Positions 20,348 to 28,960 of a DNA stretch of 64,000 nt are shown in pieces (positions within the stretch are counted from its first letter, which is position 1; every line of letters begins with the position of its first letter). Origin of the DNA: Candidatus Poribacteria bacterium (GTDB lineage: Bacteria; Poribacteria; WGA-4E; UBA9662). A model generated the notes under the pieces. It was not told where the DNA came from. It ran no database searches and worked only from the letters and a program-made list of their open reading frames with translations. Made by a program: the position numbers and the translations under genes. The stretch is from positions 1-64,000 of the forward strand of contig JAYZAL010000047.1 in NCBI GenBank assembly GCA_036339735.1, read 5' to 3'.

Positions 20348-21085
20348 TCATTCCGTTTGGCAGACTGATTTTTGTGGAGATCCCATTTCAATCAAAATTT
20401 CATGCGTTGCTTTTAATGGATCATTGGATTTTGTGATTGGCCGTCCAATCACCAGCTGATCTGCACCTGCATCAATGGCTTCAGCTGGACTCATAATCCG
20501 TTTTTGATCGCTAATAGCAGAGTGACTAGGTCTAATGCCCGGTGTCACAATCCAAAAATCATTACCACAAGCTCTTCGAATCTTCTCAATTTCCAAAGGG
20601 GAGGCTACTACACCATCTAAACCCGCTTGTTGTGCTAACTTTGCTAAGTAAACTACCTGCTCTGACAATGATCGGCTGCTATCCAAGTCACGAGCGAAAG
20701 CAAGTTGGTCGATGCTTGTCAGAACCGTTACAGCTAGTAACTTCGGCTTTGTAATATTAAGCTTGTCAGCTTGATCCATAGCTGATTGGCTTGCTGCTTG
20801 CATCATTTCCAGCCCACCACTTGCGTGTACATTGATCATATCAGCACCAAGTTTAGTCGCAGAAGCTACTGCACCGGATACCGTATTAGGTATATCATGA
20901 AACTTCAAGTCTAAAAAAACACTCTTCCCTGTTTCTTTCAAGGATTGGACAGATGGAGGACCAACAGAAGTGAATAGCTCTTTACCAATTTTGAACCAAT
21001 CTACTGCCGTACATAGTCGATCAGCTATTTCAAGAGCAGTAGGTAATTCAGGATAATCAAGAGGCACAATCAAACGAGAAGTCAA
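20348..21085 (-). CDS. pyrF: Orotidine-5'-phosphate decarboxylase
   Basis: FLDLKFHDIPNT, VTVLTS, VTPGIR, VIGRPI. Confidence 0.97.
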   Translation of the reverse strand: MTSRLIVPLDYPELPTALEIADRLCTAVDWFKIGKELFTSVGPPSVQSLKETGKSVFLDLKFHDIPNTVSGAVASATKLGADMINVHASGGLEMMQAASQSAMDQADKLNITKPKLLAVTVLTSIDQLAFARDLDSSRSLSEQVVYLAKLAQQAGLDGVVASPLEIEKIRRACGNDFWIVTPGIRPSHSAISDQKRIMSPAEAIDAGADQLVIGRPITKSNDPLKATHEILIEMGSPQKSVCQTE

Positions 21086-21570
21086 ACCACATCACCTACG
21101 CCTATAATACTAATCGGGGTAAAATCGGACTGTTGTTCATCCCAGACGAAGGCCTTGATATCCTGTATCCCGTCGTTGTAGACGGATAAAACAACATAGG
21201 CACTATCCGGGTAAGCTGGCTCATCCCAAAACATAGCATCTGATTTATCTTTTTCAGAAAAATATGAGGGATGATCTGGGTGAGAATGATAAAAAGCTTT
21301 TATTGGACGATTTTTTCTCTCTGATTCAAGATTAATTCTCAGCAAATCATCTGGGTCCATTAAATATGCAGTTCGCGCGTCACGAGGGTAAGTTTTTGGG
21401 TCCTCTGTGTGCCGCTGGTTTTGGATATTCCCACAGGCACGAACGTACTCCTGCGGACTGATTGTACCTAACGGATCCTCCAAGATAATACCACAGCATT
21501 CCTCAGGGTATGTTTCTAGAGCGTGCTGTTCAATTTCTTTTATCGTTTGGGGCTGTAAGTGAAAGGACAT
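21082..21570 (-). CDS. JAMM/MPN+ (M67, Mec-like) metalloprotease
   Basis: YPEECCG and YHSHPDHPSYFSEKD (E..HxH-x7-S-x2-D). Confidence 0.92.
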   Translation of the reverse strand: MSFHLQPQTIKEIEQHALETYPEECCGIILEDPLGTISPQEYVRACGNIQNQRHTEDPKTYPRDARTAYLMDPDDLLRINLESERKNRPIKAFYHSHPDHPSYFSEKDKSDAMFWDEPAYPDSAYVVLSVYNDGIQDIKAFVWDEQQSDFTPISIIGVGDVV

Positions 21571-21582
21571 ACAGTGGATGCT

Positions 21583-21861
21583 TTAGCTGCCACCGGCGAT
21601 AGCTGGGATAATTGAGACTTCGTCTCCGTCAGCCAAACTCGTCGACTGGCCTTGCAAAAACCTTATGTCTTCATCGTTTAGATAGATATTGACAAAACGG
21701 CGAATTTCGCCTTGTTCATCGCAAATACGATCTTTAATACCAGGATAATTGTTTTCCAGATCGGCTATTAGGCTTGCAATATCACTGCCTTGAGCTGATA
21801 CTTCTGCTTCATTTTGGGTCATTTTTCTAAGTGGTGTGGGGATTCGAACGACTACAGACAT
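21583..21861 (-). CDS. Ubiquitin-like (MoaD/ThiS/CysO-type) sulfur carrier protein with blocked C-terminus GG-S
   Basis: VRIPTPLR, RRFVNIYLNDEDIRFL, IIPAIAGGS-stop (codons GGT GGC AGC TAA). Confidence 0.92.
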   Translation of the reverse strand: MSVVVRIPTPLRKMTQNEAEVSAQGSDIASLIADLENNYPGIKDRICDEQGEIRRFVNIYLNDEDIRFLQGQSTSLADGDEVSIIPAIAGGS

Positions 21862-21926
21862 TACTACTCCTTACTCACTTCCTTTAGTTGATGGGTGAAG
21901 AACTGATGTTTCGGGGTTTGTATAAG

Positions 21927-22691
21927 TTAAATAGAAAAGTGCAATCCACATTCTTTATCATTTCCTTCATTTTTCTGCCAGCGCCAACGTCCCGCGCGCT
22001 TCCTTTCTCCAGGCAGAATTGGAGTGGTACAAATTACACAACCGATCGATTCATAGTAAGCTGTTTGGGGTTGCCGACGCAATAGTGGGTTAACCGGTAT
22101 AGATTTCTCGTCGATGTAATTCCAAATACGTTCATCGTCCCAATCGGCCAAAGCACTAACTTTCAAAATAGATCGTTTCTGATGCTCGATTATTTCTACT
22201 CGGGGTATGTGCTGTCGAAAATCGGATTGATCGCGGCGTAAGCCTGTGAACCAAATGTCTAAATTGTCTAATAGCTCTATTTGCGGGTTAACTTTACGAA
22301 TTTTGCAACAATACTCTTGTTTAGCTTGGCTATCGAAGAATAGGTATTCACCATGCTGCCTGACCATTTGGTCAACGGACGCCCGTTGTGCCGAGACCCT
22401 CTCGATTTGGATTCCGTAGTGATGTTCTACCTGTTCCAGAAAATCATAGGTTTCTTGAAACAACCTCCCCGTATCAATAGTGCAGACACGAAATGGCAAT
22501 TGGTTTTCGAAGGCCATTTGGATCAGAACAAGTCCCGTAAGCTGACCACTGGAAATAATAGCGGCCCTGCCCTTGAAACGCTTGAATAACTCGAACAAAA
22601 CAGTTTGTGGATCAACTATACATCCAACTTCTTGCGCAAGATCTCGCCAAAATTCTACTGAATGTATCTGGTTTTTCTCATCACTTACCAT
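21927..22691 (-). CDS. cysH: Assimilatory APS reductase (CysH family, [4Fe-4S] type)
   Basis: IDTGRLF, CCKIRK, TGLRRDQS, SIGCVICT, RAGRW, KECGLH. Confidence 0.9.
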   Translation of the reverse strand: MVSDEKNQIHSVEFWRDLAQEVGCIVDPQTVLFELFKRFKGRAAIISSGQLTGLVLIQMAFENQLPFRVCTIDTGRLFQETYDFLEQVEHHYGIQIERVSAQRASVDQMVRQHGEYLFFDSQAKQEYCCKIRKVNPQIELLDNLDIWFTGLRRDQSDFRQHIPRVEIIEHQKRSILKVSALADWDDERIWNYIDEKSIPVNPLLRRQPQTAYYESIGCVICTTPILPGERKRAGRWRWQKNEGNDKECGLHFSI

Positions 22692-22753
22692 TACTTTACT
22701 ACTTTACTTGAGAATGCCATCCCGGTTTTTCATTAGTTAACGGAATACTACCA

Positions 22754-23716
22754 CTATAATTCTTCGTTACCGTTGAAATACTGGCCCAAACTCAAGTAGC
22801 GTTCGCCAGTATCACAAAAAAAGGTCACAATCGTTTTATCAGGACCGACATCATGAGCCAATTTTAACGTCGCATGAAGATTAGCTCCGGAAGAAATCCC
22901 TACTAGATAGCCTTCTTCTTCAGCAATATAACGCATGGCTTGATATGCATCCTCGTCAGAGACCGTAGCGATCTGATCAATCAATCCCAGATCTAGCACT
23001 TTGGGCACCATACCAGCACCAATACCATCTATTCTGGTTGGCGCAGGTTCACCTCCAGACAATACAGGGGATACGCTTGGCTCAACAGCGACTATTTTTA
23101 TATCTGGAAAGTGCCTTTTCAAAGCCCGGCCAACACCGGTTAACGTCCCCCCTGTTCCCACGCCTGTTACTAAATAATCCAGCTGTTGATGATCGCTTCG
23201 TTGTAGTGTTTTTAAGATCTCTTGACCCGTTGTTTGTTGATGAGCTAACGGGTTAGCTGGATTGTCAAACTGATTAGGCATGAAGTGATTAGGCTTCCGA
23301 GAGACTAATTCCTCCGCCTCCCAAATAGCGCCTGCCATTCCAGAGTCTACCGAAGTCAAAATAATTTCAGCACCATATGCCGAAAGCAAACTGTATTTCT
23401 CCTGGCTCACATTTTCCGGCATACACAGGACAATGCGGTATCCTTTGGCTAAAGCTACGATTGATAACCCAACGCCCGTATTACCTGCTGTAGGCTCAAC
23501 GATAGTGTCGCCAGCTCTCAGTTGTCCCGATTGCTCTGCCATTTCAATCATTGACAAGCAAATTCGGTCTTTAATGCTGCCACCAGGGTTCATCGACTCA
23601 ACTTTGGCCAAAACCGTCGCTCGTTGGTTAACTAAACCACAGTTCAGACGAACCATCGGTGTGTTCCCAATCAGGCCAGAAACGTCATTTTCCACCTTCA
23701 TTTCGTTATATACCAA
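22754..23716 (-). CDS. cysK: PLP-dependent cysteine synthase family protein (CysK-like)
   Basis: IGNTP, NPGGSIKDR (PLP Lys), EPTAGNTG, NQFDNPAN, GVGTGGT, GISSGA, DTGERYLS. Confidence 0.85.
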   Translation of the reverse strand: MVYNEMKVENDVSGLIGNTPMVRLNCGLVNQRATVLAKVESMNPGGSIKDRICLSMIEMAEQSGQLRAGDTIVEPTAGNTGVGLSIVALAKGYRIVLCMPENVSQEKYSLLSAYGAEIILTSVDSGMAGAIWEAEELVSRKPNHFMPNQFDNPANPLAHQQTTGQEILKTLQRSDHQQLDYLVTGVGTGGTLTGVGRALKRHFPDIKIVAVEPSVSPVLSGGEPAPTRIDGIGAGMVPKVLDLGLIDQIATVSDEDAYQAMRYIAEEEGYLVGISSGANLHATLKLAHDVGPDKTIVTFFCDTGERYLSLGQYFNGNEEL

Positions 23717-23758
23717 TTAGGATTTCGATATCTTACTCAGTAGGTAAACTACCCGCCA

Positions 23759-23788
23759 ATTATAGTCTATTGAAGCCAAAATTATCAA
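23759..23788 (-). promoter_or_regulatory. Candidate sigma70 promoter of the cysK-cysH operon
   Basis: TTGATA-N18-TATAAT on the minus strand. Confidence 0.5.
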
Positions 23789-23997
23789 TTCATATTGCCT
23801 AAGCGAGATGAGAACCTATCAAATAGAAATCTGGTGAATGGACAAACCAAAGCGCTACAGAAATGTTTTACCTGTTGATAAGATCTCACTTTAAAATGCA
23901 TTTCTCTAGGTTACATTGTGATTGAAAAACATCTAAATTGTCTACTAATAAATGCTTGCTATTATGCAAACTTGAGCCCCTGATCTAGGGAAACGGC

Positions 23998-24026
23998 TTG
24001 CAATTCCGACACTGCTATAATATGAT
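23998..24026 (+). promoter_or_regulatory. Candidate sigma70 promoter
   Basis: TTGCAA-N17-TATGAT overlapping an extended -10 TGCTATAAT. Confidence 0.5.
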
Positions 24027-24098
24027 ATCAGTCGTGGTTCGGAAAACAGAATTCGCGCTGAGGAAATTTTGCAAACATAAAAAGTTATAAAGGTCATT

Positions 24099-24353
24099 AT
24101 GTCTGAAATCATGCTTAGTGTATCAACAGCTGTTATGTCTAACCAGTCGGCTGGTAGTAAACTGTCGCAAGCCATCCATCAATCCAACAGCGGACAGCAA
24201 AAATCGGCAACTTCAACAAAAAGCCAAAACCAACCCTCAGCCTCCAAGCCTGAGTCAGCTATTCAAAAAAAGTCTAGCACACAAGTAGAAACTGACCGTA
24301 ATCACCAAACGCAACTCAAGGGTGGAGGGGTTCTAGTCAATAATCAAGCCTAA
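24099..24353 (+). CDS. Small S/Q/K-rich, probably disordered protein
   Basis: 84-aa ORF after a promoter with AAAGGT SD; stop overlaps next start (TAATG). Confidence 0.65.
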   Translation: MSEIMLSVSTAVMSNQSAGSKLSQAIHQSNSGQQKSATSTKSQNQPSASKPESAIQKKSSTQVETDRNHQTQLKGGGVLVNNQA

Positions 24354-25441
24354 TGATATCAGCCGAACATTCTTATCGTATCGCCATCCTCGGCGGAGAT
24401 GGGATAGGCCCTGAGGTTATGGCTTCTGCTGTTATGGTTTTGGAAGCTATTCAGGAAACTAGCCCCCTGACCTTTGACCTCCGATCTTATCTTTGCGGAG
24501 CCTCGTGTTATCAGCAGTTAGGCGATCCTCTTCCTCTGAAAACGATACAAGGTTGTCGTCAAGCTGATGCAATTTTACTAGGAGCAATGGGGTTGCCGGA
24601 CGTGCGTTGGCCAGACGGTACTGAGATGAGACCACAAGTCGACCTGCGTTTCAAGCTTGACCTCTATGCTGGCTTACGGCCAATCTATCTGTATCACTCT
24701 GATCATACTCCAATCAAGGGGTTGTCTCAGGGAGACATTGATTTCGTGATAGTTCGTGAAAATGTAGAAGGACTATTTGCCTCTATGAATTCGGGTATCG
24801 AAATCAGAGATGAAGTAGCTATTGATTCCATGGTAATGACTAAATCAGGTACTGAACGCATTGTCCATTTTGCTTTTAATCTGGCTATTCATCGACAGAA
24901 AAAACGAAAAGTTACTTGTGTTGATAAAGCTAACGTTTTTCGTTCGATGGCTTTTTTTCGTCAGATATATGATCGAATCGCTAAAGATTACCCAAGCATT
25001 AGTCCAGATCATGCTTATATTGATGCATTTGCCTTGTACTTATTACAAAAACCACAGACATATGACGTCATTGTAACTGAAAACATGTATGGTGATATCC
25101 TGTCTGATCTAGCAGCTGGTTTAGTTGGTGGTATGGGAATGACCCCTTCTGCAGATATTGGAGAACATTCAGCTATTTTTCAACCCTCGCACGGCACAGC
25201 CCCGGACATTGCAGGGCAGAATATTGCTAACCCAATAGGTATGATCTTGTCCGTGAAGCTAATGTTACTTTGGTTAGCTGACCAGAAAAAAGATCCGATT
25301 TGTACAAAACAAGCCTCACGCCTATCACTTGCTGTAAGTCAAGTTTTATCCGATAAGAGTTATCGCACTCCTGACTTAGGTGGAGATTTGACTACAACCG
25401 AACTTAGCAAGGCTATAGTAAATTTCTTAAGAGAATCATGA
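24353..25441 (+). CDS. Isocitrate/isopropylmalate/tartrate dehydrogenase family enzyme, substrate uncertain
   Basis: GDGIGPEV, LR..LDLYAGLRP, VDKANV, NMYGDILSD, HGTAPDIAG..IANP, TPDLGG. Confidence 0.9.
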   Translation: MISAEHSYRIAILGGDGIGPEVMASAVMVLEAIQETSPLTFDLRSYLCGASCYQQLGDPLPLKTIQGCRQADAILLGAMGLPDVRWPDGTEMRPQVDLRFKLDLYAGLRPIYLYHSDHTPIKGLSQGDIDFVIVRENVEGLFASMNSGIEIRDEVAIDSMVMTKSGTERIVHFAFNLAIHRQKKRKVTCVDKANVFRSMAFFRQIYDRIAKDYPSISPDHAYIDAFALYLLQKPQTYDVIVTENMYGDILSDLAAGLVGGMGMTPSADIGEHSAIFQPSHGTAPDIAGQNIANPIGMILSVKLMLLWLADQKKDPICTKQASRLSLAVSQVLSDKSYRTPDLGGDLTTTELSKAIVNFLRES

Positions 25442-25506
25442 TTAATAGAGAACATGAACATTAAAAAGTTAACCAAACACTTAGACATTAAAAAAAGGGG
25501 TTTAAT

Positions 25507-27171
25507 ATGAGAAAAAGAATCAACGATGTTGACTACAATATCAAACCAGAGGTGGATTTGTCTGGAGCAGATCTGAGCGGGGCTGACTTAACTCGGGCCA
25601 ACCTCAAAAAAGCAACCCTCGTCAAAGCTGACCTAACCGAATCGATCTTGGCATATGCACAACTTAAAGATGCAATTCTTCGGAATGCGATCTTGAAGGA
25701 TGCGGATCTACATAATGCCCTGATGATTAAAGCTGACTTAACTGAAGCTAATCTAGAAGGCGCAAATCTGCACGCGGAAAACCTGACTAAAGCAGTAATG
25801 GTTAAAGCTAATTTACAAAACGCAGATCTTGGCAATGCCATAATGACCGATGTTGACTTGACTAACGCCAACTTAAGGGGAGCTGATCTGTCTCGTGCTA
25901 ATTTGCGAATGGCTAACTTGACTGGTGCAGACTTAGAAGATGAAAATCTCACCAATGCTAATCTCGTTAATGCGAAGATGATCGGTGCCGACCTTTCACG
26001 CTCTGATTTAAGGAGGGCTAACTTATCTGGTGCAGATTTAACGGATGCCAAATTAGTCGAAACTAAGCTGACATACGCTAATCTGCGAGGTACCAATTTA
26101 GAGGGTGCAGATTTGACTGGTGCTAACTTCTCTGCTGCCGTGTATGATTCTAGTACGAAGTTTCCAGAAGGTTTTGATCCAAATGGTGGTTACGAAGTTG
26201 ATATGATGGAAAAACCTAAAATCATGGGAGATTATAAAGGTAAAGCCAAAACAGCTATTCAGGGCAAGCTCAACGGTCTTAAGTGTTATGCATATGCTTA
26301 TCAATATTTCAACGATGAGCTGCATCTGGAAACAAAGCCTTCTCCTCGAGTGGTAATTGAAACTTCTGCTTCTGATACGGTTAGTGGCGACTATCAGTTC
26401 CCTAACCGAAATAGTGACAACCAAATTATTGTTAAAATTCCAACCACAAGAGATAAGAAACTTACACATATACGCGTTTTTAGGACTCATGCAGTGGATA
26501 CAGTTCAGGATGCGGAAAGCTCTGAAGTTTATGCCCTAACAGAATTAGAAAATTCGCCTCTGGATCCAGAATTATCAATCCGAGACGACCATGGAGATCA
26601 AGAATTACACCAACCTTTAGTTGGCGCGTTCAAGTTGTCTGCCGATGTTAATCTAAGCGGTCAGAATCTGTCTGGTATTGATTTGAGTAGAGCTGATATT
26701 AGAAATGCGGGCATGCTACACTCAGACATGCACGGAATTTATGCGTCCGATGCACGAATGAGTGGTTCAAATATGACCGAGGCTGACTTTTCGGACGCGC
26801 AGCTAATTGGAGCTGACCTTAGTCGAGTAGAAGCCAAAAGCTCAGATTTTCAACGTGCGGTCATGCGGGTGGCAGACTTATCAGAAGGGGATTTCACTGG
26901 TGCTGATATGGAACACAGTGTCCTTTTACAAGCCAATCTAGAAAATGCGAATTTTGCAAAAGCTAATTTGGCTAATGCCAATCTGAGAGAAGCTGATTTG
27001 TCAGGTGCGAATTTCACTGGTGCCGACTTATCGGGTGCGGATCTGACTAACTCCAATCGAGAGACTGCCAACTTTGGTGATATAGACATTGATTCAGTCT
27101 GTGTCATCAACGAAGATAAAGGCGGATTTTTTTCTAGAATTTTTCATCGAAAAAAGAAAAAGAAGGAATAA
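25507..27171 (+). CDS. Pentapeptide-repeat protein: two repeat blocks flanking a globular beta domain, basic amphipathic C-tail
   Basis: A(D/N)Lxx repeats at aa ~16-210 and ~380-520; AVYDSSTKFPEGFDP cap; tail GGFFSRIFHRKKKKKE. Confidence 0.9.
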   Translation: MRKRINDVDYNIKPEVDLSGADLSGADLTRANLKKATLVKADLTESILAYAQLKDAILRNAILKDADLHNALMIKADLTEANLEGANLHAENLTKAVMVKANLQNADLGNAIMTDVDLTNANLRGADLSRANLRMANLTGADLEDENLTNANLVNAKMIGADLSRSDLRRANLSGADLTDAKLVETKLTYANLRGTNLEGADLTGANFSAAVYDSSTKFPEGFDPNGGYEVDMMEKPKIMGDYKGKAKTAIQGKLNGLKCYAYAYQYFNDELHLETKPSPRVVIETSASDTVSGDYQFPNRNSDNQIIVKIPTTRDKKLTHIRVFRTHAVDTVQDAESSEVYALTELENSPLDPELSIRDDHGDQELHQPLVGAFKLSADVNLSGQNLSGIDLSRADIRNAGMLHSDMHGIYASDARMSGSNMTEADFSDAQLIGADLSRVEAKSSDFQRAVMRVADLSEGDFTGADMEHSVLLQANLENANFAKANLANANLREADLSGANFTGADLSGADLTNSNRETANFGDIDIDSVCVINEDKGGFFSRIFHRKKKKKE

Positions 27172-27175
27172 TCTG

Positions 27176-28249
27176 TTGGTACGAATAAGTCTATTTTTAA
27201 TTTGTACACTGGCTAGCTTACAATTTTCATTTATTGATTTGCTAGCCAGAGAGCAATTGGCGACGGAAACATTTTATCTACTGCCAAAGGATAGCAAACT
27301 GAATCTTCAATCCGGAAAGTACCAGTTGACAGCTACAGTAGATGAAGGACTGTTCAGTCAGACTGTGTCTCCTAAATCAACAGCGACCCTAATATTGAAG
27401 CCTGTCTGGGACCAACCTACTGTTCCTGAACAGACGAGCATTGTGCGTCAGTTGTCGACCAAATTTCAAATTACATTAACCGGGTTCCCCATTATGGTTA
27501 CAGAACTTCCGAATCGGGAAAAGGTCGAATTCAATTTGGAAGGCCAGTTACAGTCCAACACAGCACGCATACACCAATTGGATAAAATCCACACAGAAGT
27601 TGTCTATTTTTGGGCTGACATCGAAACTCAGACTAAAGGTGAAGGTAATCTGTTCAAAATGAAGGCCAATCTTGACTTGACGGGTCTACATTCATCTGAC
27701 TATCGATTCCCAATTATCTTAGAATTAAGCCTGACAATGTCGAGCATTGAGCCGAGTTCTGCGATAAAAACAAAGGTCAAAAGTCAAAAAGAAGCAGGTA
27801 AATATCAGGTTGTGACTTTCGAACAATTGTCTAGTTATCCTCTGAAGGTAGATGACTATGCGAAATTATCTACGCCCGAAGGACTCATGGAATTGGACCT
27901 AAACACCCAAATACCAGAAACAATTCTAATGTTGCATGGAAGATCAGTGGCCATCGAAGGGTTTATGCTACCGGTGGTATCAGAAAAGGGGTGGATTAGT
28001 GAGTTTATGCTTCTTAGAGATACCCAAGCCTGCTGTTTCGGAGTGATCCCCGAACTTAACGAATGGGTTTACATAAAAGTTAATAGTGAAGGAAAAGGCG
28101 TCAAGTCAAAACGGAAGAAAGTCCGATTCCTGAATAACGTGCCAGTGTCTGTGAAAGGGAAGTTACTAGTTGGTTCTCAAATAGATCCAAATACGGGAGT
28201 CAATATCTACGTTATGCAGGCTGACGACGTGGCTATAGCTAAAAGATAA
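27176..28249 (+). CDS. Exported DUF3299-like protein with an extra N-terminal domain; start reassigned to TTG 27176
   Basis: AAGGA SD; signal peptide; IP..I..LHG..VAIEGFMLP..EFMLL...ACCFG..P..NEWVYI. Confidence 0.75.
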   Translation: MVRISLFLICTLASLQFSFIDLLAREQLATETFYLLPKDSKLNLQSGKYQLTATVDEGLFSQTVSPKSTATLILKPVWDQPTVPEQTSIVRQLSTKFQITLTGFPIMVTELPNREKVEFNLEGQLQSNTARIHQLDKIHTEVVYFWADIETQTKGEGNLFKMKANLDLTGLHSSDYRFPIILELSLTMSSIEPSSAIKTKVKSQKEAGKYQVVTFEQLSSYPLKVDDYAKLSTPEGLMELDLNTQIPETILMLHGRSVAIEGFMLPVVSEKGWISEFMLLRDTQACCFGVIPELNEWVYIKVNSEGKGVKSKRKKVRFLNNVPVSVKGKLLVGSQIDPNTGVNIYVMQADDVAIAKR

Positions 28250-28268
28250 TCTATAACAAAAAACATCG

Positions 28269-28949
28269 ATGCTGAAAATTCGTCATCTCAAAAAAACTTT
28301 TCCTTCACCTGATGGTAAGACCCAGACAATTGTCGACATCCCTGATTTTGAGTTAAATTCTGGCCAGCAGGTTGCCTTGCAAGGTCAGAGTGGTTGTGGA
28401 AAAACGACCTTCCTGAACCTTATATCTGGAATCCTCCAAGCTGATCAGCCAATTAACAACCAAGAACCACTACCTCAAATAATTCTTAATGGAACAGATA
28501 TAGCTAAACTATCGGAGCAACAACGTGATCAGTTCCGAGGTAACTCCATTGGTTATATTTTTCAAACCTTTAATCTTCTACCTGCTTATACTATTCTCGA
28601 AAATGTGTTATTGGGCATGCATTTTAGTGATATAGCTGACACTGAATTAGCGGAGACTATGCTGATTGAGGTTGGTTTAGCCGAAAGGCTAAACTATCGT
28701 CCAAGTCAATTATCTGTAGGACAGCAACAACGAGTAGCTGTTGTGCGAGCTTTAGCAAAGAAGCCGAACCTCGTTCTGGCTGATGAGCCAACCGGAAACT
28801 TAGACTCTGCACAGGCCCATACTGCGCTACGACTAATTCGTCAAATATGTCAGCAACAAAATGCGGCACTTTTACTAGTCAGCCACGATCAAGATTTACT
28901 TGATCAATTTGATGATTGTCGCCTTTTTTCCGATATCAACTGCGCTTAG
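28269..28949 (+). CDS. ABC transporter ATP-binding protein (LolD/MacB type)
   Basis: GQSGCGKT, IFQTFNLL, LSVGQQQR, LADEPTGNLD, VSHD. Confidence 0.93.
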   Translation: MLKIRHLKKTFPSPDGKTQTIVDIPDFELNSGQQVALQGQSGCGKTTFLNLISGILQADQPINNQEPLPQIILNGTDIAKLSEQQRDQFRGNSIGYIFQTFNLLPAYTILENVLLGMHFSDIADTELAETMLIEVGLAERLNYRPSQLSVGQQQRVAVVRALAKKPNLVLADEPTGNLDSAQAHTALRLIRQICQQQNAALLLVSHDQDLLDQFDDCRLFSDINCA

Positions 28950-28960
28950 GTTAAACCGCA

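Noticed and set aside
23840..23890. CTTATCAAC on the minus strand upstream of cysK as a SAM-I riboswitch start
   Set aside because: The following conserved GAG/GGA-CTGGC P2 elements and the P1 partner are absent
25540..27050. 15-nt periodic repeats as a possible CRISPR or tandem array
   Set aside because: Degenerate, in-frame protein repeats with no repeat-spacer structure and no cas genes
25533..27110. Antisense ORFs 25533-26096 and 26850-27110 with repetitive SA/LA pattern
   Set aside because: Shadow of the pentapeptide-repeat codons on the opposite strand
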